In this document: positions 1 to 12,841 of the stretch, in pieces | How the letters are laid out: each line of letters starts with the position of its first letter | Numbering within the stretch: position 1 is the stretch's first letter | From: Vitrella brassicaformis CCMP3155 | Lineage: Eukaryota; Protista; Chromerida | NCBI GenBank assembly: GCA_001179505.1 | Contig: CDMY01000496.1 | Coordinates: 1,179 to 65,178 of the forward strand | Direction of reading: 5' to 3' | Length of the DNA stretch: 64,000 nt | Notes under the pieces: generated by a model | Seen by the model: the letters and a program-made list of their open reading frames with translations, nothing else | What the model was told of the DNA's origin: nothing | Databases searched by the model: none | Program-made: the position numbers and the translations under genes

Positions 1-2
1 TC

Positions 3-218
3 TGGTCAGGCAACAGTGCCAATTACTGCAACAACAGACTCTGTGATGACCTCAACACCGAGTGTGAAATATCCACGTCAAATGGGTTCACGCAGGGCCT
101 CTGTAAGGCCGCCGTCAGGACGGCGGTTGCAGCGGTCAGGGCCACGGCCGACTTCTACCACAGTCGTGCGCAGCAAAGGCAGAGGGATCATGAGTGTTGC
201 TGCCGAAGCAGCTGCTGA
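3..218 (+). CDS. Possible 3' fragment of a hypothetical protein with a Cys-rich C-terminus (gene would start upstream of the window)
   Basis: Frame 3 is open from the window edge: WSGNSANYCNNRLCDDLNTECEIS...HECCCRSSC*, TGA at 216-218, followed by TG-rich UTR-like sequence. No family recognised. Confidence 0.3.
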   Translation, partial: WSGNSANYCNNRLCDDLNTECEISTSNGFTQGLCKAAVRTAVAAVRATADFYHSRAQQRQRDHECCCRSSC

Positions 219-998
219 CTGCACTCGTCTGCCTGTGATGTGTGCGTCACTGTTCTTTGATAAAGATACATGTGTGGTTGTTTGTGTGCTGCGTGTGTAT
301 GTGTGTGTGTGTCAAGAGCAGCCGGCCTGCCTCACTGCACGTTTGTGTGTCTGCACTGCATAGTCGACTGGCGTTTGGTGTGGTGTGTGCTGTGCTTTTC
401 CTGTGTGACACCTTCATGTGAATGACACCGGCGGGGAAGGGAACAGGGGCAGAGGAACACCGGGTTCATATCATGAGTGTGGTGTGTGTGCGTGTCGTGT
501 GTGACTCCATGTGAATGACGCCGGGGGGCCGGTTTTGTTGTTTCTCTCTCTGTGTGTGTGTAGGAGTGTGTGTGTGGCTCGGCAGCCGTCGGTATCCATT
601 AGGGACTCGTGTGGGTGAGTCGCTTGTCCACCGAGCCCTGACCTGATGTGACCTGACCTGAGTGCTCATTGTCTGAGTTGATGCTCTGATCTGGTTACTT
701 TTTGTTGACAGCAAGTGACTGTGTGGATGTCGGTGTGTGCCGTGGCGGGACGGGGTGGGGTGGGGGATGAGACGGAATAAGAGACCGACGAGAGGCACAT
801 GCGTAAAGTACATCCATCACGTGACCTGTTGCCACTGACCACCCATCCACGTAAAGTACTCATGTGTGCCACACCATCCATCCATCCATAATGCCTAGCG
901 TCGTGTCGACAGTCGGCCAAACGGCGAGGAAATGCCTGTTCCTGTCTGTCTGTCCGTCTGTCTGTCTATCTGCCTCTGTTTTGCATGTTAATATTCCA

Positions 999-3790
999 TT
1001 ATTTGAATAATGACGTGGCCTCTGCGGCCACTGTCTCGGTGGCCCGCCCCTCCGCCATCATCGTCTTAATCACGTGCTTCTCAATGGTGATGGCGGGAGT
1101 GTGCGTCACGTCACTTGCGGCCATCGGAGGCAGTGTCTTGGCCATGCTGCATGCACGACATACACAAGACAGCGCACAATACACACAATACACTTACGTC
1201 CATGTGTGTGTATGTGAGTGCGTACCGCTCGGCCATCTTTCCAAATACGTGGTGGCGAATCGCACTTTCGGCTGGCCGGCCCCGCCCGCACCGCATACAC
1301 TTCCTACCTCTCACTACTCGCTGTGGTGAGTCTCGTCAGCTAGCAACGCCACAACAGGCAACCTACACCCAACACGCACACACACAGAAACAACACCCAG
1401 CCACCCATCCATCCATCCATCCATCCGTCCATCTGCTCCCTGCCTCCCTCACTCCCTCTCTGCCACTCTCTCTCTGTTGCGTGCGTCTGTTCGTGCTTCT
1501 GATGGCGATGGAGACATGGCGGTGCATGGTTCTGTTGCCGGGCTGCCAGTCCAACACACGTGCCACCGAGAGAAGGTAGAGCCCCCCTCGTGCCGCTTCG
1601 CCTCATCGGGGATCCGCGTCGACTTTTCTTGATCGGCCGGATCTGCTTGTCGATGAAGCCATCGCTGACACATAAGACACATGAACCTTTCTGCAGACAG
1701 AGAATGGCCTTCTGTGTCCCAAAGTGCTGTTCTCTTCTCTCTTGTACATCTCCAGGCAGGTCCGAGACGATAGCGAGAAGAGACATGAAGATATAAAATG
1801 TAGGCAGTGATATTGGGGGCTCAGCTATGGCGGGCGGAAGGGCGAGTGGGCGTTCACACACGCGCACACACCTGCGGAGAAATAAACGCACCGATGTGTT
1901 CAGCGGTTATGCAGACCATAAGGACATAAACCGGTGTGCACAAGTTGGCGGGGCGTTACCTGTATGAGTGCATTGGAGTCGGGACTCCTGAGGGAGATGC
2001 CATACGTGGCCTTGAACTTGCGCAGCAGTGACAGAGCCCCCATGTACATGCGACCCCTACACACGCCAACAATACAACAATACGCATGTACGGTTGGGTG
2101 GATGGATGGATCATTCGTGCGCCTTGTGTCACTCACTGACTTGGTGAGTAGTTTGATCATGATGGCTAGTGTGCATCCGGACGGCGTCTCCCTGCTCGTG
2201 GTCTGGCGCGGGCGAGGCCGAGTCGGATGGGTGGGCCTGCGGTGCGACCGTGTGGTCGCCCTCCTCCGCCAAGACATCGGCTGTTGGGGGCGGCAGGGCA
2301 ATCTCATTGTCGCCACGATCGCCTCCGGCAGCCGTAGCATCAGCAGCCGGCACGGGCGACACAGCCGCATGCGCCACCACCCTGGCTGCCGTGTGCTGGC
2401 CCTTGGTTGTGTGTGTCTGCGGATGAGGATAGCGGCGGCCCCCGATGCACTCGTATGTGGCCGATCTTTGCCGATTGAATGCTTGGAGCCCCTCGTACAC
2501 CTGCCGTGGCGTGAGGCGGTAGAGGACGGAGCTGCGACGGGCTGAGAATGGCAGCTGGGGAGACGTGCTTGGCGGCAAGGGCTGCGCTGCATCGGAGGGT
2601 GACGACACGGCGGACACGCTGTGACCCATGTTGCTCGTCAATCTCGCCAGCCGAGGAACTGGATAAACATACATGAATACGTGCAGAAAGATAAGGCGGG
2701 CGTCTGCCATGTTGTGAGGGTCCCTTCACTAGCGTACGTACTTGTGTGAGCGTCGCTGTGGTCGATGGCCTCGACAGCTGGGTCGGTTGTCTTGGTGGTC
2801 ACGTTGGCCGCTTGCGACGCTGCTGCCGCCTGGGTGGTGTCTAGGGTGGGGGTAGCTGTCGACGACGTGCACTGGTTGTGCCTGGCGTCGTTGGCCGTCT
2901 CCCACAGCATCCGCCAGTGTGAGGTAAGGCTGGTGCTGAACTGAGTCACGCCCTGAGTGGAGGCCCGTCCGGTGTCTGCATGCAGCCCAGACATACAAAA
3001 GACAACACTAGGTTTGGATGTATGCATTTCTAATGGCTGACTGACTGACTTACCGAACAGGCAGTGGGTGCGGCCCGGTCCTCGTCACTCTCCTCAGCAT
3101 GCCCCCGCCAATACGCTGCATATCACACACACAAAACAAAACAAACAGGCGATGTATTCGCAAAAAATCACTCATTCATACACGCCTTCGTATCACAGCA
3201 TCTAACACCTGGCTGTGCTCTCATTTGGTCACCTCTACATGCACGAGTGGTCCTCTGCAGATTCCAGTGCGTCCTCAAACAAAACATGAATCGGCCGGGA
3301 TATAAAATGTACGCAGCGATGAAAGGCCGCACTGAAAGAGAACAGAAGGGAACATCGACTCTCAGTCCATGTGCATCTCTCTTTCTCTCTTCACCTGTGC
3401 ACGTAGCATGTCTCCTATTGCATGTCTCCTATTGCATCAAGGAAGTCCTCGATGACCCAGACCGCCTCGCCCATGTCGTAGAGCGTCGGGATAAGCCGTG
3501 GCAGCCGGATGACAATCGTGTCTTACTGCTGATGGGAGAAGAAGCGGTCGAATGAGCCTGCCGGCTGAGTGCGGTCGTCAGGGAGCCTCACTCAGGACTC
3601 CTTCGCCCTTCACCTCCATGGCTTGACCCTCGTAATGACAGTCCGCACCACCAGCAGCGTAGAGAGCCTTCCCCCCTCCGCAAAGAGACCAGCGGCAGAG
3701 TGTCCGAAGCCCTCCACAGACGTGGCTCCTCCTCAGACTGGCTGGTCTTGCTGCTGCTGTCTCTGTTGTTGTTTGCTCGTCGGCTAACCA
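999..3790 (-). CDS. Hypothetical multi-exon gene or genes, structure unresolved
   Basis: GC-rich exon-like blocks on the minus strand flanked by GT/AG and CA-rich introns, e.g. ...TIVIRLPRLIPTLYDMGEAVWVIEDFLDAI, MGHSVSAVSSPSDAAQPLPP...QAFNRQRS, AKTLPPMAASDVTHTPAITIEKHVIK. A continuous reading frame could not be assembled. Confidence 0.3.
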
Positions 3791-5087
3791 CCACAAACCC
3801 CCCGTCGACCTGTCGCCCCTGTCAAGGCAGCTGACCGATAGGCAGGGCCACTAGACTGACTCGCTGCCTGTTCGTTTAAGTAGCGACGCACACACACATG
3901 GACCCAACATGAATCAACGATATATATGGACTGACTCATCACCTTTGTACTCACTAACCTGATTTGGCCTCTTACATGTATGTCATCCTTCTTGGGCCCC
4001 TTTTATGGCCGACTTAAGTAGATCGCCCTGGACCCACCGGATGTGTGTTTTACGGACCTACTTCGCTCTCTCACGCACATTCTACCATGTGTCGTTTGAG
4101 AGCGAGTGGCCGCAATTCGCACCGTCCAGAGGGACTGCCAACCCACCAAATCGGTATGCCTAGACCATGGCACACATTTCATGCTTTCACCCGTTTCTGT
4201 GTGTTCACTTTTTCCTTGGCAGTGGGAAGGCACGTTCACGCGGTGCATGTCATCTGACTTGGTGTCGGTACACTCCCTCGAGGTGCACCACACACACACC
4301 GTCACTGTCGTTGCCTGCATCTGTCCAGATCTATCATTCTTGTGTCCGTTCAGTAACTGAGGTTGTTCGTGTCGGTTTTGGACACACCACACGGCGGTAC
4401 CTGCTGTGGCTGTCTCACAGGACAGACCACACACCGCCTGGGTACGCAACACGTCTATCTCACCTCACACACCCACATATCACCCTCTCTCTCTCTCTAT
4501 GGGTGTGTTGTTGTTCAGCGTGTCTTGGTTGTCGTGTTTGGGTACCTGTTGTGTCGGTATCACTTCGGTCCGCACACACCCTAACCACGGTACACAACCC
4601 ACCACATTCTCACTCACCACCACGCCTCTGTCTTACGGCTCTGTGGCTCATGTCGCTGTGTTGTGTTGTGTGGTCTTGGTGTAGGTTAGGTTGTGTGATT
4701 GTGTGGTTGGCAAACGGTGGACTGTGAGCTGTGCTTCACTACCTCCATCCGCCGTTTGACCTGGGTACGCCATGCTCACCACTCTCACCCCCAACACACA
4801 CACGCGTGGTGCATGCACGTATGGACCCTGTCGGTTGGTGTGTGTGTGTGATGTGTTCGTGTGGACCTCAGTGCGTTTTGTATTCGATTCACATCAACCA
4901 GCGCGTACACCCCGAGACTCTCGTGTCACTACCAACGTCGACCAACGTCTCTCCCACGGCATTCACGTCATCCACGCACAGCCCCACCCCCTGTCTTGAA
5001 TCATGCAGTCACAAATGTACGCTTCTCCACCACACCATCCACAGCCGCATCTCGTCCCTCCCTGCGATGCACAACGTCCCCCGCCCC

Positions 5088-6880
5088 TCAGTGGGCGTAT
5101 GTCGATGCGATCAGGGCGTGCACTTCGTCGATGAGAGGCTGCAGGCTGATGTTGGCTGGGCGGTCGGCGAGGGAGGGAATGAATTGCAGGCATGAGAGGG
5201 CGGTGGACAGGACCCCTTGAGCGAGACACGGCCTTCAATACAGAATGTACGCAGCCATATGCACAGAGACACAGTGGGAGATGAGCGGACGGATCGATCA
5301 GCTTGCTTTGATGCTTACGTTGGGTCGCGGGCAAAGAGACAAGAGGTCGACAGGATATAAAATGTAGACACCGATTGAAGGCCTGCACACAACACGCCAC
5401 AGACACCCAAATGGTTACGGGTGAATGCGTCGGGTATTGGTTGTCTACCTGCCAGGGCATTGGCTTGCCGTAGTTGCGTTGGTACACCGCAAGGGCGGCT
5501 GCCGGCTGCAGCTGGTGTTTGCTGGCCAGATCGTGGCCGTGAAACTCTGCATAGAGAGAAACAGAGATAGCGATTACGCTGTGTATGTTTTGCTTACTTA
5601 GCAATTGGACGAGTTGACATGCGCGTGAAGACGTCCCTGCCACTGTCCCGTCACGGAGGCAGGGCTCCCCACGGCCGCAGGCGCCAGCTGTGCTGCCGCG
5701 TAGTGCACATGATGGAAGACGGGTGGTGATTGCAGCGGCAGCTGGGGTCCGATGAGCGGCACGGCCGGAGGAGGAATTTCCTTACCACCCCGCCCACCGA
5801 AGGACTCGATGAAGGTCTTGATACACGGCGGGTAGCAGCCCTTGAATGGGTTCTTTCGCTGAGGCGGGAACATGTGCCGGGGTGGTGGCGATGGGGCTGC
5901 CTCTCGGTGCTTGGCGGCCGACGTAAGCAGTGGCCTTCGGGGCATTGGCGGGAGGGTCGGCCACGGGGGCATACTCGGCACGGCATTGGGATGAAATGGC
6001 GGCGGATGATGATGGACGGGTGCCGCTCCTGCGTGGACATGAGGTCCACAGTGCCAATTCGGCATCAATGGCGCTTGCGCGACTAGTATGCTCGGCGGCA
6101 TGCTGTTGTTGTCTCCTCTTCCTCAGCGGTGACGGGATGGTAGCGAAGGGCGCTGTCACACGTCAAAGAAGCTCTCGTTCGGGGAGCCTGCACCGATCCG
6201 CACACACAATCCACACAGGGTGCAGATAACAACGAGACGACTACACTCTCCTACCGACCCTTCTCCATCTCGACGCTCGGCGGCCACTCACTCGCTGAGC
6301 TCTTCCTGTATTCCCCTTGTCCTTACTGTGGCGTCTCGCTCTTGTCGGCTTGGTCCGTGTCAGACCGGGAAGTGTTGAATGTAGCAGCCTTGGCAAAAAC
6401 GACACGGCCAACACCAGATTCTGTGCACAACCAGTACACAGAGAGTGACGGACCAAGTTTGTCATCTGAAGGCAGAAGAAGCAGCAGTCCTCAGATAAGC
6501 CTTCCTCTTCATAGCCTCGGACAAGTCTGATGGCATCCCAAAGGAGCACTTCTTTCATCATCGTGTGTACCCGGGGCCCGGACATGTACCTCGGGGACGG
6601 TCCGAGTGGCTGGAAGGCGGGATTCTGGCTGAGTGGGCTAGAGGAGAGGGGGCTGCGTGGGCCTCGGGCAGGTTTCCACCGAAAGGTGAGAAGAAACCAA
6701 GGAGCTACCCGGCCAGCAGTGAGAATGAGAAGGCTCCGTTTGTTGTTAATTTTTCCGAAGGTCTCGAGACTGCCGCGATTCTCGCCGCGCCCACTTCGGC
6801 GGCTTTTTCACTCCCGCCGACCATATTTGACACGGTTGTGGCGGATCCAGCGCAAGCCAGCCACTGGATAGATGCGGGGT
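5088..6880 (-). CDS. Hypothetical protein with a Pro-rich region, 5' end uncertain
   Basis: The last three exons splice in frame: ...FHGHDLASKHQLQPAAALAVYQRNYGKPMPWQ|AFNRCLHFISCRPLVSLPATQR|VLSTALSCLQFIPSLADRPANISLQPLIDEVHALIASTYAH* (TGA 5088-5090). An upstream Pro-rich block lies at 5598-6101, but its linkage to these exons is not certain. Confidence 0.4.
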
Positions 6881-7472
6881 AATAGATGCCAAGCCCGTGC
6901 CGCATCTGTCTCGTCTGTCTTTCCGTCGGAGTGACTGGCTGTTGCTTTTGAGCGGGTCGATTATCCTCACGTCTGGCTGCTTGTGTGTGATCGTACGGTG
7001 AAAGCTGTGTGTCCGTCGGGTGAATAGACTGGGACAGACAGATCCATTGTTGAACCATCGTGTTCACACACATACACACTGGCAGGACCTAAACCCCACC
7101 CACACGCTATCCACAGCGACAAATGGTGTTACTTACACAGTACGCCAATCCACCACACTACGCCATGCCATATCACGCCACATCAATCTCTCTTTGAGAG
7201 CAAACAATATCGACACACACATGCACCCGCCCCACTCAGACCAGGTCAATCAGGTCAGACCAGGTACATCTCAGCACATTCAGGGCACTACCCAACACTC
7301 AACACTCAACACGCACCACACGCACTGCACAACAACAAAGGCATGCAAGCATCGAGGTCAGATGAATGGCCCCCCTCGTGTGATTGGCGTGTGCGCCTGG
7401 TGGGCATGAATGCAACACCACGCCACCCCAGCCACACCTCATGCAGCTCTCAAATGCATTACTTGAGATTGC

Positions 7473-7503
<31 letters not shown>

Positions 7504-7783
7504 GAACCACTCTGTGTTAGACTGCAAAACCAACAACAGCCACTGTACACTCACTGCATGTACGAGCCACCACTCATGCAGGCAGGCGTCTCCGCCCCCT
7601 CTCCTTATTTATTCACACAGGACAGTACAGTCACAACGCACAATGCATGAGACACTAGCCGTGGGAAGGAAGGACACACGACACACGACAAACGGCTGTG
7701 CAAACTCTGTGAACGCACACGACAGTACGACATGTCGTCGTATCTGTGTGGTCAGGGCGCCCCTCCCAGCAATGGAAGGCTAC

Positions 7784-8819
7784 TCACACTTGCGGCCCCT
7801 CTGACATTGCGACAGCCTGAAGGAGTCACACATACAGACATTGACACATGTGTCGATGCGTCAGACGGACAGCGCGTGTTCGTCCACTTACATCATTCGC
7901 AGTGTCGTCTGTGTTGGCGTCAATACTCTTGTCCACCCAAAGTAGCCGTGCCTGCAGTCCTCCGTTTGTGCTTGCACTCGCCCTAATCGCGATGGTGGCC
8001 ACAAGGACGATCGCCATGGCGGCCACCATGACTATCACGGAGGCGGTCACATAATGGTAGTAGTAGAAATGGTCGTCAACGAACTCGTCATCAGGGTCCT
8101 CGACGTGGCCGTTGTCATGACGGTCATCGCCATGGTGCTCGTTGTCATCGCCATGGTGCTCGTTGTGAGGCTCCTCGTGATAATCGTGCTCGTGAGGATG
8201 CTCGTGGGGATGGTCATGGTGGTCCCTCTCCTTGCCTGCACACACCACACAAAGCAGCGCGCACAGTGGGCACATTGCCCCCTCCCTGATCACGTGTATG
8301 TGTTAGGCTTACAGATGCCGTGTTTGTCAAAGGGGCGTGTTCTCATGCAGTAGTGCGAGTGGCAGTCGGTGTGGTCCCGGCACTCATGGCCGTGTCGCTG
8401 CAGATCACCAGCCGCCCGGCACCCACCGTTCACACAACTGCATGGATCAAGAAAACACATGCAGACACAACCATCAACAAATGCATACCATTGCTCTCCC
8501 TCCCGTCCGTTGCTTACTTGTGTGAGCAGCACTGAGAGTCCCACTTGCACTGTCTGGTCGAATAGTCCGCCAAGCACAACTGTGGCTTCAGGCCACGAAG
8601 GCCGCCCGACGACTGCAAAGGCTCAGCCACCTGCTCATCCCCCAGGACGTCCTCATCTCGCTGCAGCTGGTCACCCACAGTTGTTAGACCATCGTCGGCA
8701 GCTCCATCAACAGCAGCAGGAGGGGCAGTGGTGGTGTGGGCCATGGTGGCTGAGGGCATCCACGCCGCCACCAGCAGAGCGGCGAGGGCCAATAGCTTCA
8801 GGCGCGAGAAGAGAGCCAT
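7784..8819 (-). CDS. Signal-peptide, Cys-knot-like, His-rich single-pass membrane protein (about 267 aa)
   Basis: Exons 8819-8518, 8437-8313, 8235-7892 and 7816-7784 join in frame with GT-AG introns. Signal peptide MALFSRLKLLALAALLVAAW; Cys array CLADYSTRQCKWDSQCCSHNCVNGGC...ECRDHTDCHSHYC...GIC; His/Asp tract; TM segment VTASVIVMVAAMAIVLVATIAI; short tail. Confidence 0.75.
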
Positions 8820-9015
8820 GATGGATGCTGACGGGTTGCAATCGATTAGCAAGCTAGATGCAGCTAGTGCGCGTGATAACGTTCCTGCCGACAGACGTGG
8901 CGAAGAGAGTCGACGACGTGGAAGTCGCTGAGAAGTCGAAGTGCTCTTCAGATGTGATGAAGGTGGGATCTGAAGACCTGGTCTCAAGCCGAGACAAGGA
9001 GAGAAAGGGGAGGGG

Positions 9016-9315
9016 NNNNNNNNNNNNNNNNNNNNNNNNNNNNNNNNNNNNNNNNNNNNNNNNNNNNNNNNNNNNNNNNNNNNNNNNNNNNNNNNNNNNN
9101 NNNNNNNNNNNNNNNNNNNNNNNNNNNNNNNNNNNNNNNNNNNNNNNNNNNNNNNNNNNNNNNNNNNNNNNNNNNNNNNNNNNNNNNNNNNNNNNNNNNN
9201 NNNNNNNNNNNNNNNNNNNNNNNNNNNNNNNNNNNNNNNNNNNNNNNNNNNNNNNNNNNNNNNNNNNNNNNNNNNNNNNNNNNNNNNNNNNNNNNNNNNN
9301 NNNNNNNNNNNNNNN
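9016..9315. other. Assembly gap (300 N) with duplicated flanks
   Basis: The 40 nt left of the gap (8976-9015, acctggtctcaagcc...agggg) recur at 9316-9355, next to a G/A-rich low-complexity run. Confidence 0.9.
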
Positions 9316-10120
9316 ACCTGGTCTCAAGCCGAGACAAGGAGAGAAAGGGGAGGGGGGGAGGGGGGAGGGGGGAGAGGGGAGGAGAAAACGGCCATGTAAC
9401 GGTAGCATGCGAGCTTACATGCTCAAAGCAGTCACTTTCTGACATCTCCCCAACGTGCCATATTCGCTGCGCGCAACCAGCAGTACTGTGATGAGGGGAC
9501 TCAGAGGGCTGCGTTGGAAGCCTGGCTACTCGCGACTTGCGCATCGTAATAAGCTCTCTCGGCGGCCGTGGAAGAAGCGCCTTGCTTTAAAGCATAGTGT
9601 TTTTGCTTGGAGAGTGTGAGTTTGTCGGCTTCAGCTGCGCAGCGTTTCGGGCCTGGTACATAAGTAGTGCAAACACATGTAGAGATGCGAATTGAGATGC
9701 GGACAGCCGGTGCATGTGTTTGCTGTCAATGTGCGTGTTCTTTCAGACTTCAGGTCGGTCTCTCGCACATACTCGGGACGGCGAAGGAGAGGCGGTAGGT
9801 GATGAGGCTCTGCTTAAGTTTGCTTGTACTGTCTGTGTTTGCGTGTGCATGTAGGCAAGGTGTCCACTGAGAGTTAGTTCTGCTCGGGCTATCCCTGGAT
9901 CCCCAACCCCGCATGGGCAGATGCTGGTGATGGTCGGCCAGACATGCGTGTTGGCCGACAGCAGCAGCAGCAGCAGCGATGGGGAGGGGATCATGTGCAG
10001 CTTTACGAGATGGGGTGGGGCTTTCTATCCTTACGGGGAAGGGCCCATGCCGCGTGTCATCGGGTCATGGCGGATTGGCGCGTGTAGGGTTTTTATGTGA
10101 GAAGAATGAGTGATCTATGT

Positions 10121-12807
10121 TCATCGTTGGCTCATCGTTGGCTGCCTCTGTACCTGCAGTAGGGGGATTCTTCCGTCTTCTTCGTGTGTGAGAGGACAAA
10201 GGATTGGGTTCGATTGCGTCGAGACGGTGAAAGTCACATCGAGATGGTTGGTTTGCATTATATGGCCAAAGAGGCCATTTGTGTGTCCCATCTCACTGCC
10301 CCACACGCTATCAAAACATGACTCGCATCGCGTCGCATTACGTGAGTGTCTGTCTCTCTGCCTGCGCGTCCATCGTCCTATCCCACGGCGGCCCTCATGA
10401 TGTCTGCCCCTCTCTCTGTGTGTGGGTGCGGGTGTGAGTGTGAAGGTGTGCCGCCCTCCCCCGCCCCCGATATGGCTGTGGCTATCCCGCCCCGCTGCTT
10501 GTAGTCTTGCCTCTTCTCACGGCTGTCCTGCATCACCTTCTCAGCCAACACCCGCACCACCTGCACACACACAGCCATTCACACACATTCGCATGGCCAA
10601 CCCATGGATGGGGTCGGCACGAAGTAGGTAGATCATTCTCTCTGTGCGTACGTGTTTGGCCTCGATGGTGTGCGCCATGGGGATGTCGGTCCGCAGAGTG
10701 CGCGAAGGCGATGTGAGACACTCAAGCGCTCTGTACACACAGACACACACGTGCAAGTTTGCGCGAAGACGGACTGGTGTACCTGTTGGCTTCATCAGCA
10801 TCGAACGAAGGCGAGCGCTCTGCCAGCTCCCCCCACACCGCGCACCACAGCCCTCTGTCGGCAAACACCTCGGGCGCCCGGCAGAATGTGCCCAGATAGG
10901 CCACAAACTGACTGTTGGGTGTGACGGCAGCACCCATCTCGCTCGCCATCCGCTCGCACACACGGGAACCCAGCTCGCCCATCGCCGAACGCAGAAACAG
11001 ATACCTGCATTCACCAAAACACATGCATGAGTGTGTGCGTGGGGCGTATTATGTATGTGTTCAATCGTCTCTCACTCAGGGGTGGGGTTGTGTGGTCGTG
11101 GGCTGAGTGCGAGGGTGAGCAGGTCCACCAGTCGCATGAGGGTGTCGGTGTGAAACGTGCTCATCCGGGGAGCGGCCTTGGTGGCGATGAGGGCGTACAT
11201 GGTGTGCAGCATCGGTGTGGGTGGGTGGCCCACAAAGACCTCACAGATGCCGGCCAGCGAGAGCATCCCAAAGGCGTCGGCCCGCCGGCCGGTATAGGTC
11301 ATGATGTCGGTGGCCACCGACGTGTGGTGGACCATTGTCGACTCAGACGAATGGTGGACGTCCAAGAGCATGTTGTACTGAACACACACAGGTGTGCAGA
11401 GAGGGGGGCATTGGGGTGTGGAGTCGTGTCGTTACCTTTGCGAGAAAGTGCGCGATTGGGACCACTTCGCTGGGCGCCATCCTGTCACACCTCACCTGCG
11501 CACACATCAATCCATTGCAGGTGGATGTGTGTGTGGATGTGTGTGGATGTGTGCGCGAATCCTCACCGTTTGTTTGGCGACTTGCGAGGCCAGCAGATGC
11601 ACCAGCGGCGCGTTCTCCCAGTGCATCCTCTGACGCCACACGTGTGCCAAACTACACACAATCACGGAGCACACGACACACACACGACCAATACAGGCAC
11701 ACATTCATCCATGCGTGCAGACATCCATACCAGCAGAGGTGCTGCGCCTTGCACTCGTGCATGATCATGAGCGCGCGCTTGGCCAGCTTCTGGAAGAGCA
11801 CCGACGGCACGTGAGACGACTGCACCATGTGATCACACACAGACATGCAGGTGTGTATTCATTCGTTTGGCTGTCTGCGTGTGTGTGAATTACTTTCATG
11901 AACCCCCATGCGACGCCACAGAGCTGGCCGGGCGTCAGAGACTTGACGTGCGAATCAGCCAGCTGACAACACACACACACACACACATAAAGGAAATGTT
12001 CATCCATTTGTTCATTTCTCCGTGTGTGCACCTGTTCCAGCCTCTGGTGTATCTTTGACGACGTGCAGTTGGCCCGGCCGAGCGCCCAAATCACTGAGTG
12101 AGACAGCGGCGGACGAAGAAAGCGACACACCCATCCCACAGATGTGTGTAGGGTTGAGGCGTGCACACGTCCGTACCATTGGCGAGGGAGGGCGTGTCGA
12201 AATAGGAATTGGCCGCTGCCTGCAGAAGCATACCAACACGCAGAGCAGATACACACATGCATACCAGCAGACAGTCTGTGTGTGTGCGTCACCTTGTTGA
12301 GCGGATTCTGTATGGCCGTCACAATGTCAGCCGTCAGACACTAGGTAACAGACAGACAGACAGACAGACAGACATCCAATTCATTCACAATGACAAATCA
12401 CTGCGTCCATCACTGCCTGCACCCACGTTGACTCTGGCGAGGCTCCAGCAGACGTTGGCCAAGTCGCGGGCAGGCAGCCGATCGGCACGACCCACCAACT
12501 CCCTGTATCAATAACGCCACGTGTGTGTATGCGTGTTGGCCTTGGCTGTGTCCACACACACACACACGTACTTGGCGATTCCTTCCCACAGAGTGTGATT
12601 GACGGGTGCACGGCGCTCGTGGTGCGTTGCCTGCTCACACATGTAGGCAAACCGACACATCTGCATCTCTTTCGCTCTCTCTGTCTCTCTGTGTTGTGGG
12701 GCATCGCATCACTGGGTGTACCATAGCAAAAGCTGCGTTGCTGAAGGCTTTGTTGTCGAGTGCCGACCACCCGTGGGAAGAGATGACGAACGACACCAGG
12801 GACTGCA

Positions 12808-12841
<34 letters not shown>

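Noticed and set aside
413-530. Duplicated catgtgaatgac(a/g)ccgg motif at about 416 and 508
   Set aside because: Short, two copies only, in UTR-like low-complexity DNA, with no terminal repeats or other element features.
5400-5560. LOTUS/OST-HTH-like look of YQRNYGKPMPWQAF
   Set aside because: The resemblance is only a few residues and is not supportable without a profile search.
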